From a virus (Duplodnaviria > Heunggongvirae > Uroviricota > Caudoviricetes): a DNA stretch of 43,909 nt. Location: IMG/VR virus record IMGVR_UViG_2778261176_000017; one strand, written 5' to 3'. Shown here piece after piece: positions 9,017 through 18,692 of this stretch; within the stretch, counting starts at the first letter, position 1; every line of letters begins with the position of its first letter. The position numbers and the translations under genes are program-made. Below the pieces are notes generated by a model, which had not been told where the DNA came from, made no database searches, and saw nothing but the letters and a program-made list of their open reading frames with translations.

Positions 9017-9805
9017 ATGGCTTCAAACTGGATAAAGCTCGAGGTTATTACGCCGGATAAGCCGGAAATATTCAGGCTTGCTGAGATTCTGAATATTGAT
9101 CCAGATGCCGCATTAGGGAAAGTCATTCGCTTCTGGGCATGGGCGGATCAACAAATGATAGACGGTAACGCAGAGTGTAACGCTCGCGGCGTTACAAAAA
9201 GTGCAATAGATCGCATCACTTTTATGGCTGGTTTTGCTGATGCGTTAATTCAGGTTGGATGGCTGGTCGAAAATAACGGTGGGCTTTCTCTACCTAACTT
9301 TGAACGTCATAACGGAAAAAGCTCTAAAAAACGGGCGATTACAAACGAGAGGGTTACAAAAATACGCGAACTGAAACGAAAAGGTAACGCTGCCAGCGTT
9401 ACACAAACGGATCAAAAAGCGTTACCAGAGGAAGAGGAAGAGGAAGATATAAATACTGATCTCCCCCTAAATCCCCCTCGCCAAAAACGAGCATCTAAAA
9501 AATTCGAGCCGGAGGCTATTGAGTTGCCCGATTGGTTGCCGGAAACACTCTAGCATGAGTGGGTCCGGTTCAGGCAGGCATTGCGAAAACCGATTCGAAC
9601 GGAGCAGGGCGCTAACGGGGCGATACGGGAGCTGGAAAAATTCCGCCAGCAGGGTTTTACCCCTGAGCAGGTGATTCGACACAGCATCGCCAATGAATAC
9701 CAGGGCTTGTTCGCGCCGAAAGGTGTTAGGCCTGAGACGTTGCTCAGACAGGTTAACACCGTCTCGTTGCCGGACAGTGCGATCCCGCCAGGCTTCAGGG
9801 GGTAA
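9017..9805 (+). pseudogene. ydaU: YdaU-like replication gene interrupted by an in-frame amber codon (TAG 9551..9553)
   Basis: Track ORFs 8939..9553 and 9581..9805 are in the same frame, separated only by TAG at 9551..9553. The downstream part has no ATG or RBS of its own. ATG at 9017 has an AAGGTG RBS. Whether a reference YdaU reads through this position was not verified. Confidence 0.5.
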
Positions 9806-9811
9806 CGAACC

Positions 9812-10558
9812 ATGAAAAATATTGCGACAGGCGGCGTTCTAGAACGCATCCGCCGACTGACCCCGCCACATGTAACCGCCCCATTCAGAACGGTAGCGGA
9901 GTGGCGCGAGTGGCAACTTGCTGAAGGCCAGAAACGTAGCGAGGAGATCAACCGCCTGAATCGCCAGTTGCGGGTGGAAAAAATTCTGAATCGCTCAGGC
10001 ATCCAGCCGTTGCACCGTAAATGCTCGTTTGCGAATTACCAGGTGCAGAACGACGGTCAGCGATACGCGTTGAGCCAGGCGAAATCTATCGCTGATGAAC
10101 TGATGACCGGATGTACAAATTTTGCGTTCAGCGGAAAACCTGGTACCGGAAAAAACCATCTGGCGGCGGCTATCGGGAATCGTCTGCTGAAAGATGGCCA
10201 GACAGTGATTGTGGTTACCGTGGCTGATGTCATGAGTGCTCTACACGCCAGCTATGACGAAGGGCAATCAGGCGAAAAATTTTTGCGGGAACTGTGCGAA
10301 GTGGATCTGCTGGTTCTTGATGAAATTGGCATTCAGCGCGAGACAAAAAACGAGCAGGTGGTACTGCACCAGATTGTTGATCGCCGGACAGCGTCGATGC
10401 GCAGCGTGGGGATGCTGACAAACCTGAACTATGAGGCCATGAAAACATTGCTCGGCGAGCGGGTTATGGATCGCATGACCATGAACGGCGGGCGATGGGT
10501 GAATTTTAACTGGGAGAGCTGGCGTCCGAATGTCGTCCAGCCAGGAACTGCGAAGTAA
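9812..10558 (+). CDS. ydaV: DnaC/IstB-like replicative helicase loader (248 aa)
   Basis: Walker [16 protein letters not shown] and Walker B-like LLVLDEIG; position after the initiator gene. Confidence 0.85.
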   Translation: MKNIATGGVLERIRRLTPPHVTAPFRTVAEWREWQLAEGQKRSEEINRLNRQLRVEKILNRSGIQPLHRKCSFANYQVQNDGQRYALSQAKSIADELMTGCTNFAFSGKPGTGKNHLAAAIGNRLLKDGQTVIVVTVADVMSALHASYDEGQSGEKFLRELCEVDLLVLDEIGIQRETKNEQVVLHQIVDRRTASMRSVGMLTNLNYEAMKTLLGERVMDRMTMNGGRWVNFNWESWRPNVVQPGTAK

Positions 10559-10580
10559 TTTTTATCGGGAGGAAATTTTA

Positions 10581-11342
10581 ATGGAGACTGTTTTTGACGC
10601 ACTGAAAGCAATGGGAAAAGCCACATCCATAGAACTTGCTGCGCGACTTGATATCAGTCGTGAAGAAGTGCTGAACGAACTATGGGAACTGAAAAAAGCT
10701 GGTTTCGTTGATAAAAGCGCGTACACCTGGCGTGTGGCTGATAACAACGTTCAGCAGGAACAGCCAATGCAGGCAGAACTGCCGGAAGAAACCACCACGG
10801 CAACAGTAGCGAAAATCTCAGAGTGCGATTTAACCGCGACGATTGAACAACGTGGACCACAAACGGCGGATGAACTGGCTACGCTGTTCGGTACCACATC
10901 CCGCAAAGTTGCTTCAACGCTGGCTATGGCAATCAGCAAAGGACGCCTGATTCGCGTAAATCAGAACGGTAAATTTCGTTACTGCATACCGGGCAATAAT
11001 TTACCAGCAGAGCCGAAAGCTGCATCGGTAACGGAAACTGATTTTAAAGCCTTTCCTCAGCCAGCAGGTTTTGCGTTGCCGTTACAGAAAGATGCAACAC
11101 AGGAAGATATTAAAACAGAAACTGTGGCGGACATTGTGCAGTCGCTGCCATCGTTTACCGAAACGTGGGTGGATGACCTGATTTTACCATCGCTGCACAT
11201 GGCAAACCGTGAGCTGCGCCGGGCGAAAAATCATGTCCAGAAGTGTGAGCGTGTCTGCGCCGCGCTGCGGGAGCTGAACAAGTACCGGGATATTGTTCGA
11301 CAGATTGTCGACTCCTCCAGTCGTATTGTGTCGGAAAAGTGA
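10581..11342 (+). CDS. Hypothetical protein (253 aa), possibly YdaW-like, predicted winged-helix domains
   Basis: GGGAGG RBS at 10567..10572 before ATG 10581. Charged helical N-terminus resembling a wHTH; no catalytic motif recognised. Confidence 0.55.
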   Translation: METVFDALKAMGKATSIELAARLDISREEVLNELWELKKAGFVDKSAYTWRVADNNVQQEQPMQAELPEETTTATVAKISECDLTATIEQRGPQTADELATLFGTTSRKVASTLAMAISKGRLIRVNQNGKFRYCIPGNNLPAEPKAASVTETDFKAFPQPAGFALPLQKDATQEDIKTETVADIVQSLPSFTETWVDDLILPSLHMANRELRRAKNHVQKCERVCAALRELNKYRDIVRQIVDSSSRIVSEK

Positions 11343-11357
11343 TTGCCGGAGGCGCTT

Positions 11358-11780
11358 ATGGCAAAAGTTTTTACACAGGAAGAGCGTGAAAAAATTAAGG
11401 AGCAGGTTGTTGAGCTGGTACGCCAGAGTGGGCGCGAGACGTTAAGGCAACTGGAGGCCAAGACAGGTGCGACAAGATATCTGATGAGCATTCTTGCCAG
11501 AGAGTTGGTTGCCAGTGGCGATGTATACAACTCTGGCTATGGGTTATTTCCCTCTGAACAGGCTCGTAAGGACTGGAAAAACGCCCGCAAAAAACTATCC
11601 AGGGCAAAGGTGAAAAAAACGGTTGTGGTTGATCCTGACCTTATCTGGTCATTACCAGACGGAGAAATACGCCGCTATGACAGGCGTATGAACATAATCT
11701 GTCGCGAGTGCCGGAAGAGCGAAGTTATGCAGCGTGTGCTGGCATTCTATCAGGGGCATTTTCAGGGGGCGGCGCAGTGA
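11358..11780 (+). CDS. Hypothetical protein (140 aa)
   Basis: GGAGG RBS 5 nt before ATG 11358; follows directly after the preceding gene. No recognisable motif. Confidence 0.5.
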   Translation: MAKVFTQEEREKIKEQVVELVRQSGRETLRQLEAKTGATRYLMSILARELVASGDVYNSGYGLFPSEQARKDWKNARKKLSRAKVKKTVVVDPDLIWSLPDGEIRRYDRRMNIICRECRKSEVMQRVLAFYQGHFQGAAQ

Positions 11781-12108
11781 GCAGGATTGGCTACCAGGAG
11801 TTGACCGCGCCAATGCCTTCCTTGCCGAAGTTCGGACGTGGGCGTTTAACGAGCTTTGCACGGCGTTTGACAGGCACGGAATGTTCGCTGGCCTTGATGG
11901 CAACAACGCCGTGACACATAAGCCACATAAAAGAAGTGATAAATGCGATGCTGCATTGCTCGGAACAACTTCATAAAGGAAGCGTCTGATGAGGGCAATA
12001 AAAGCTCATACAGAATTGCTATCTATTAGGACACAGGATATCAGATGAGATTACATTCCACCAATAACCAAGAAAATTACATAAGACAATAAAAATAGAT
12101 GATAAAGA

Positions 12109-12137
12109 TTGTAAAAAGCCTATCAATTTCATATGAT
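12109..12137 (+). promoter_or_regulatory. Candidate sigma70 promoter for the methyltransferase operon
   Basis: -35 TTGTAA (12109..12114), 17-nt spacer, -10 TATGAT (12132..12137), about 45 nt upstream of ATG 12183 in an AT-rich intergenic region. Confidence 0.35.
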
Positions 12138-12182
12138 TCTCGATTAGATTCATAGTATACATGATGGAATGGAACGCATAAA

Positions 12183-13223
12183 ATGAAAGCAATTGATCTT
12201 TTTTGTGGCGCTGGTGGTTTGACAGTTGGTCTAAAAATGGCTGGCTTTGATGTCATATCAGCAATCGAAAAAGAAGCTATTGTATCTGAAACCTATAGAA
12301 TCAACCATCCGGATGTTAACTTAATAAATGGGGATATAAAAAATATATCACCAGATGAATTAATGAAACAATTAAAAATTCAGCAAGGTGAACTGGATTT
12401 GTTGGCAGGTTGTCCACCATGTCAAGGATTTTCTTCGTTAAGAACAAAAAATAAAACAGTAGCTGTCTTTGATGAGAGAAATGAACTTATTTTTAATTTT
12501 TTAGATTTTGTTAAAGTCTTTTTTCCAAAAGTTGTAATGGTTGAAAATGTACCAGCTTTGGCATTTGACGAACGAATAAACATGTTTACTTCGGAGCTTA
12601 AGAAATTGGGTTATCATATCGATGATAATTCAGTTTTAATTGAAGATGCTAGTAAATTTGGTGTGCCACAAAGACGTAAGCGCATGGTACTACTTGCTTC
12701 GCGATACGGAGAGCTTACTCGTGCTCAAAAAAATAGTAATTTAATAACTGTGCGCGATGCAATAGGCCATTTGGCTCGACCTGAAAATAGCAATGATCCG
12801 CTGCACAATATATTAGAAAGAAGAACTGAGAAGGTTAAAAAAATTATAAGTCTTATTCCTAAGGATGGGGGAAGCCGCTCTCAACTTCCTTACGAGTATT
12901 GGCTGCCATGTCATAAACGATATCCAAATGGTTTTCGCGATGTTTACGGTCGTATGAGGTGGGATGATGTAGCTCCAACTATTACGAGTGGATGTACTAA
13001 TCCTTCAAAAGGTCGTTTTTTACATCCTGAACAAGATAGAGCAATAACTCTTCGAGAGGCTGCATTATTACAAACTTTTCCGAGTGATTACTATTTTCCT
13101 ATTCAATTTGGTAAAGACAAGGCTGCTTTGATGATAGGGAATGCATTGCCCCCTGAATTCATTAAGCGTCATGCTGAACTTATCAAAGAACATATAACTA
13201 AAAACGAGGCGGATTATGGATAA
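12183..13223 (+). CDS. DNA (cytosine-5)-methyltransferase (346 aa)
   Basis: Conserved m5C-MTase motifs read directly: DLFCGAGG (SAM binding), PPCQGFS (catalytic Cys), ENV, QRRKR, GNALP. Visibly AT-rich coding sequence. Confidence 0.9.
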   Translation: MKAIDLFCGAGGLTVGLKMAGFDVISAIEKEAIVSETYRINHPDVNLINGDIKNISPDELMKQLKIQQGELDLLAGCPPCQGFSSLRTKNKTVAVFDERNELIFNFLDFVKVFFPKVVMVENVPALAFDERINMFTSELKKLGYHIDDNSVLIEDASKFGVPQRRKRMVLLASRYGELTRAQKNSNLITVRDAIGHLARPENSNDPLHNILERRTEKVKKIISLIPKDGGSRSQLPYEYWLPCHKRYPNGFRDVYGRMRWDDVAPTITSGCTNPSKGRFLHPEQDRAITLREAALLQTFPSDYYFPIQFGKDKAALMIGNALPPEFIKRHAELIKEHITKNEADYG

Positions 13224-15198
13224 TAAACTATTTCTAAATTTTCATGGTAGGATAATTGATCATTTAGGTATTCAAATGTATCAAAGTCCAACAGCAGCAA
13301 TAGCTGAAATGGTTTCTAATGCTTGGGACGCGGATGCAACCGAAGTTAATATTACACTACCCACGCATGAAAATAGAACTATTGTTATAAAAGACAATGG
13401 TATTGGAATGACATTTGAAGAATGTCAAAAGAAATTTCTTACGGTTGGTTTTGATAAAAGGAAAGATAATCCTGTAGCGAAGTCGAAATTATTCAATCGA
13501 GACTTAATGGGAAGAAAAGGTATCGGAAAGTTTGCTGGTTTTGGTATTGCTGAGATTATAGAAATTTGTACTACTAGCCAAGAAACAGGTGAAAAAACTA
13601 GTTTTACTTTGGATATAAATAAGATTAGATCGTCAGATGACTACGTTAAAACTGAAAGCATGGCTATTGATGTGACCTTCCGCACAGGCCCTTCAGAATT
13701 AGAAAAAGAAAATCATGGAACAACAGTAACACTTAAGTCATTGAAAATAAACAGATTATTAAATGAGTCTTCTTTTGCTACATCTATGGCGAGAAGGTTT
13801 GCGATCAATTCTGGCGGCGATGAATTTTTAGTTCGTATTAATAATACCCCCATGCCAGTCGAAAATTTTCTTGCCACTGCAGAATATAGTTTTCCAAAAG
13901 ATTATACTGTAGATGAAAAACCTGATTCTCTTACGGAAATTGACAGTTTGGGGTATGGAAAAGAAATCGTTGATGGTTATGAGATAAAATGGAGAGTGTT
14001 TTTCTTAAAAGAAACAATCAAGGATGATGAGTTGCAAGGTATCTCGATTTACGCTCACAAAAAATTAGCACAAAGGCCGTTTATGTTTAACTTGACTGGA
14101 GGGTTGCCAAGTCAAAATGGTCCTGAATATATGACAGGGGCTGTAATTGCTGATTATTTGGATGAGTTTAATGATGATGTGATTTCTACTGAACGACAAA
14201 GATTGAATTGGAGTAGTCACCACCTTGCTAAATTAGAAGAGTGGGGACAGAAACGTGTTCGCGAATTATTAAAAATCTGGAAAGATCGGCGGGCAGATGA
14301 AAAAACCAAACTGATTGAAAGTAAAATTGATGATTTCAGAAGTAGGCTAGATAAACTAGGTGTAGAAAAAAAAACGGTTATAATGGCTTTGAAACGAATT
14401 GCATCAATCCAACAAATCGGTGCAGAGCAATTTAGGCATATAGGCAACTCTATCCTCACTGCATGGGAGGGAGGGCGTCTAAAAGAGCTTATAAGAAGCG
14501 TTGCTTCTGTTCCTGATATGGATGAAACGAAATTGCTTGAGATATTGATCGAAGCAAATACAATTCAGGCTTTACACACAGCAGAATCAGTTAAAGCTAA
14601 GCTTGATACTATAAGTGGTCTTGAGACTAGAATACGCACTAAAGAATTAGAAAATGCTGTTCGAGACTATATTGCGAAGAATCCTTGGCTGATAGCTCCA
14701 AAATGGGAGACTTATGCTATTGAGAAAAATGTCCAGCATATCGCTAGAGAAGCAGCAAAAGAATCAGACATTGAACACGATCCAAGCTTTAAAGGAAGGG
14801 TTGACTTAGTTCTTTCAAGTGGTGAACATTTGCTTGTACTTGAATTCATGAGGCCAGGGCTGAAAATAGATAAAGATCACATCAATCGCTTTGAGGAGTA
14901 TGTTAATACTTTCAGAGTTTATTTAGACTCTGCAACAGGAAGTCCATTCAAGCGAGTTTCCGGTTATCTAGTTGCTGATGATTTTTTAAAGAGAAATGCA
15001 ACGTTAAATATGAAACTGAAAACATTGAGAGAACAAGAAATGTATACATTAACTTGGGATGACCTTCTGTCTGATGCAAAGCGTCAATGGCGTGAGTTTT
15101 TAGAACACTTGTCTTCTCGTGCTCCCGAAGATCAGCGTATGAAAGAATTGTTATCTACAACTCCTGAGAAAGTGATAGATACCTCTGAAATTACTTAA
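13216..15198 (+). CDS. GHKL (Bergerat-fold) ATPase-domain protein, 660 aa, predicted ATP-dependent restriction/defence component
   Basis: N-terminal motifs EMVSNAWDA (N-box), DNGIGM (G1), GRKGIGKFAGFG (G2). ATG 13216 overlaps the MTase stop by 8 nt; GAGG RBS. C-terminal segment RVDLVLSSGEHLLVLEF is a possible, unverified nuclease core. Confidence 0.75.
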   Translation: MDNKLFLNFHGRIIDHLGIQMYQSPTAAIAEMVSNAWDADATEVNITLPTHENRTIVIKDNGIGMTFEECQKKFLTVGFDKRKDNPVAKSKLFNRDLMGRKGIGKFAGFGIAEIIEICTTSQETGEKTSFTLDINKIRSSDDYVKTESMAIDVTFRTGPSELEKENHGTTVTLKSLKINRLLNESSFATSMARRFAINSGGDEFLVRINNTPMPVENFLATAEYSFPKDYTVDEKPDSLTEIDSLGYGKEIVDGYEIKWRVFFLKETIKDDELQGISIYAHKKLAQRPFMFNLTGGLPSQNGPEYMTGAVIADYLDEFNDDVISTERQRLNWSSHHLAKLEEWGQKRVRELLKIWKDRRADEKTKLIESKIDDFRSRLDKLGVEKKTVIMALKRIASIQQIGAEQFRHIGNSILTAWEGGRLKELIRSVASVPDMDETKLLEILIEANTIQALHTAESVKAKLDTISGLETRIRTKELENAVRDYIAKNPWLIAPKWETYAIEKNVQHIAREAAKESDIEHDPSFKGRVDLVLSSGEHLLVLEFMRPGLKIDKDHINRFEEYVNTFRVYLDSATGSPFKRVSGYLVADDFLKRNATLNMKLKTLREQEMYTLTWDDLLSDAKRQWREFLEHLSSRAPEDQRMKELLSTTPEKVIDTSEIT

Positions 15199-15266
15199 TA
15201 GCTGTTCATCGTACTAAAAAGCTGCAGTAGTGCTGTGGACTCCCCAGCAATGGGCGAATAGAAAAG

Positions 15267-15322
15267 GCAGGCATAGTGTTTTGTGATTGCAACCAATTCA
15301 ATGAGATCATCTCTATGCCTGC
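15267..15322. repeat. Perfect 10-bp inverted repeat with 36-nt spacer
   Basis: GCAGGCATAG (15267..15276) and CTATGCCTGC (15313..15322), about 70 nt downstream of the ATPase stop. No U-tract follows directly. Confidence 0.5.
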
Positions 15323-16085
15323 TCGCCAAGTGTGACAGAATTTTTACCGCAATGCGTTAGCACCGCTTGATACTCCCCTACAAAATGCTTTGCCGGATGC
15401 CACTATTGTTCTCATCAATAGCAATCGCTAGTGCTGGCAAGTATCGGATGTTATTTAGCCAGTACAGCCCATACAAAAAATCAAATCAAATGCGTTTACC
15501 AATTACTTGGAAATGAATTTCTTTACCACAGTATCCTACTAATTTTCAGAAATATTACTGCTATACAGACGAATTAGTTTTCTATTTATGGCATGATTTT
15601 TATACTCATCATACTGATTTGAAACGACATTTGATCTCCTCGCAGAGATGGATAGTTTCTTCGGAGAATCAGCAAAATGCAGAGTTAAAACAGATTTTTA
15701 TTAAAATTATTGCCGGAATATTAAAATCAAAAAGTAAGAGTAATCAGCGTCACCAATGAGGACATTTCAGACCGTTTGGTCCCAGCACATAATTAAAATT
15801 CGCACGGTACTGGGTTCCGTTTCTAATCACCTGGTAAGTGCTTAGAATATAGTGATAGTAAATTAGGTATTATATGCGAGCACTTTCAGCCCTTATGCAT
15901 TTTGCCTGCTGAATCTGAAGAGCAAAAAACAATCACTTATTTGATTATATGCATAACAATAAATAAAAGTCATTGTGCCTGCGCATAAAACAAACAAATA
16001 TACGGCGTGAAATAAATATTTTTAAGGTTAATATTTTTGTCTCTATGTGGATATAACCTCTTGTACTTATAAAGTTGGAGGCATC

Positions 16086-16298
16086 GTGGAAAAAATAAAG
16101 AAACTATTTAGTAGCAAATACGCAGTCATACGTCGTGATGATCTGTCAGTTATAGTCGAAATGGATTACTTCCCTGAAAACCAAAAATCAATGATGTATC
16201 GTAATGGGCGAAAGGCAATTTTTTTACCGATGAGGTTAAGTGACATTATGGGAAATGATAAACTGCTGGATGAATTGCGAGTCAGAGCATCCTGTTAG
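16086..16298 (+). CDS. Hypothetical small protein (70 aa, GTG start)
   Basis: GGAGG RBS (16076..16080) 5 nt before GTG 16086; first ORF after a roughly 890-bp AT-rich non-coding stretch. Confidence 0.4.
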   Translation: MEKIKKLFSSKYAVIRRDDLSVIVEMDYFPENQKSMMYRNGRKAIFLPMRLSDIMGNDKLLDELRVRASC

Positions 16299-16369
16299 TA
16301 TTGGTATTAATTCTGGTATACTGCACAACGGGCTGAACACCCATTCTACTGCGCCAGCGGAGAACTACG

Positions 16370-16969
16370 ATGGCGCATATACAACTGGTCAAACAAACTT
16401 CTTCTGGTTTACTTCTCCCGGCGACGCCGGAGAGTTGCGATTTTCTGCATCAAATCAAAATAGGCGAGTGGATACACGCAGACTTTAAGCGTGTGCGTAA
16501 CTACGCATTCCACAAGCGTTTTTTCAAACTCCTGCAACTGGGATTCGATTACTGGACTCCGGTCGGTGGGGCGATCACGCCTCGCGAACGAGAACTGCTG
16601 TCTGGTTTCGTGGATTACCTGTGCGAATCAGTTGGTCGGGAACACACGCCAGCCCTGAGTGATGCCGCAGAGCAATATCTGAATACAGTTGCGACACGCA
16701 GAACTCGGGATACGGCATTGCTAAAGTCGTTTGAGGCTTTTCGCGAGTGGGTAACCATTCAGGCTGGATTTTACACCGAACATTTTTATCCGGACGGTAG
16801 CCATGGGCGTCGGGCGAAATCCATCGCTTTTGCGAATATGGACGAAACCGAGTTTCAGCAGGTTTATAAATCTGTTCTGAATGTGCTGTGGAACTGGATT
16901 CTGTTCCGTAAATTTTCCTCTCCGGAACAAGTCGAAAATGTGGCCGCGCAGCTGCTGGAGTTTGCGTAA
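16370..16969 (+). CDS. nin-region protein (199 aa), YbcN/DUF1367-like by recall
   Basis: Position upstream of Q, with stop/start overlap to the next gene; family assignment is from memory only. Confidence 0.55.
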   Translation: MAHIQLVKQTSSGLLLPATPESCDFLHQIKIGEWIHADFKRVRNYAFHKRFFKLLQLGFDYWTPVGGAITPRERELLSGFVDYLCESVGREHTPALSDAAEQYLNTVATRRTRDTALLKSFEAFREWVTIQAGFYTEHFYPDGSHGRRAKSIAFANMDETEFQQVYKSVLNVLWNWILFRKFSSPEQVENVAAQLLEFA

Positions 16970-17259
16970 TGGTGGATTTACGTAAAGCGGCGCGGGGGCA
17001 GATGTGCACCGTCAGAATTCCTGGCTACTGCAATCACGATCCGGAAACGTCTGTGCTGGCGCATTACCGACTGGCGGGAACGTGCGGAATAGCGACAAAA
17101 CCACACGATATGCAGGCGGCGATTGCCTGTAGCTCATGCCACGATCTAATCGACGGGCGGGTAAAAACCAGCGATTACACCAAAGAAGAATTACGCCTGA
17201 TGCATGGAGAAGGTGTTTTTCGCACACAAGAAATCTGGAGAAAGGAGGGATATTTGTGA
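16969..17259 (+). CDS. nin-region protein (96 aa), YbcO/DUF1364-like, Cys/His-rich
   Basis: ATG overlaps the upstream stop (TAATG). Cys/His pattern C..C...H...C..C..H; family assignment from memory. Confidence 0.55.
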   Translation: MVDLRKAARGQMCTVRIPGYCNHDPETSVLAHYRLAGTCGIATKPHDMQAAIACSSCHDLIDGRVKTSDYTKEELRLMHGEGVFRTQEIWRKEGYL

Positions 17260-17798
17260 TTTACCCAACGAATACAGGAAAAAGCGGAGAACACCTTCGT
17301 CTCGCCACGCTGGAAAGTGTCTGGATTCAGGGCAAACTGCGTATGTGGGGGCGCTGGTCGTATATTGGCGGTGGCAGGTCAGGAAATATGTTCAATCAGT
17401 TGTTGGCATCCAAAAAATTGACGAAAACAGCCATCAATGAAGCCCTGCGCAGAATGAAAAAAGCGGGAATAGAGAAAGCTGAGCTGGAAGCGTTTTTGAG
17501 AGAGATGATCAACGGCAAGCAAAAGAGCTGGCTGGCGCATTGTACTGATGCAGAGGCGTTATGTATTGATCGGGTCATAAGTGAGGTGCTGGCAGAGCAT
17601 CCAGGATTGATTAGCGTCCTTCGGCAACGGTATGAGGGGCGGGGGATGACCAAACGCAAAATGGCTGAATTGCTAAATGATGCACACCCAGAGTGGTGTT
17701 TTAGCACATGCGAAAAGCGAATTGCTAATTGGTTGGCCGTTGCTGAGTATGCGCTATACATTCCCATGCGAGAATCATTCGCTCAAAAAACGGCTTGA
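17256..17798 (+). CDS. Late-gene antiterminator Q-like protein (180 aa, GTG start)
   Basis: AGGAGG (17244..17249) 6 nt before GTG 17256, which overlaps the upstream stop (GTGA). C-terminal region recalled as similar to Q/YdfT-type antiterminators. Sits upstream of the tRNAs and lysis genes. Confidence 0.65.
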   Translation: MIYPTNTGKSGEHLRLATLESVWIQGKLRMWGRWSYIGGGRSGNMFNQLLASKKLTKTAINEALRRMKKAGIEKAELEAFLREMINGKQKSWLAHCTDAEALCIDRVISEVLAEHPGLISVLRQRYEGRGMTKRKMAELLNDAHPEWCFSTCEKRIANWLAVAEYALYIPMRESFAQKTA

Positions 17799-17883
17799 TT
17801 TTTTACGCGTAAACTGCTTCAATTTTGCTACGCTTCGCAAAGCTGTATCGCGAGGCGAATCAAGCGCAATTAAACTTTAATAG

Positions 17884-17910
17884 AACCCGCCATCAAGCGG
17901 GTTTTGTTGT
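17884..17910 (+). terminator. Hairpin with U-rich tail downstream of Q
   Basis: Stem AACCCGC (17884..17890) / GCGGGTT (17897..17903), loop CATCAA, followed by TTGTTGTT. Confidence 0.4.
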
Positions 17911-18150
17911 TATTATGGTGTGATATAAGAAACGACATTTAATATTGCCTTCAAAATAAATTTGTTTATATATTGTCGCTTATATTTTAAGTGAAGGTGA
18001 AATGTTCACATAAAATAAAAATACATAAATAAATTTACATAGCTTGACGCAAAGTGTTGTTGCGATTGGAATATTAAATCGTATCATCGAAAACGGTTCT
18101 GAGGGGGAACTCTTCTTTGCTCGGTGATATCGCTCCCCTGAAGAACCAAT

Positions 18151-18226
<76 letters not shown>

Positions 18227-18229
18227 TAT

Positions 18230-18304
<75 letters not shown>

Positions 18305-18668
18305 GCATTTAAAACAAGCCTTATTGTATTACGGCACTGGCGTATTTTTTTATTACGTGGGAGCAGGTTGTTTTGAAAAAGCATTCTGTTCTCTGGCTAT
18401 GATTTGAGGCCGGGTGTAGCCTCAGTGCTAATTTTTTACGGCAGCAGAATGGTGCATTATCGGTGGAGATTTTGTATTTCCTGGCAGGGTCGGTGATGCA
18501 TCATTTTGGTGTTGTAAAAGCACCACAGAGGCGCTCCTCAGTGCGAGGGTGGTTTAAAGAGTCGGTTTAGCGGGAAACCACAGTATCCATGCAGCACGGA
18601 ATACTTCGGGAGGCACCCGACGCCTAGGTTTAATAACAATTAAAAAATTCATCCCTTGCATTGACCAA

Positions 18669-18692
18669 CCGCCATATCTGGCGGTTTTTTTT
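18669..18692 (+). terminator. Strong rho-independent terminator (tR'-like)
   Basis: Stem CCGCCA (18669..18674) / TGGCGG (18679..18684), loop TATC, followed by an 8-nt T-run. Confidence 0.65.

Noticed and set aside
9550-10002. 150-aa minus-strand ORF across the ydaU/ydaV junction
   Set aside because: Antisense to two well-supported replication genes; Cys/Arg/Ser-rich low-complexity product.
17136-17255. Extended N-terminus of the Q-like ORF in the track (start at 17136)
   Set aside because: It would overlap the upstream YbcO-like gene by about 120 nt in another frame. A GTG at 17256 with an AGGAGG RBS and stop/start overlap is the more plausible start.
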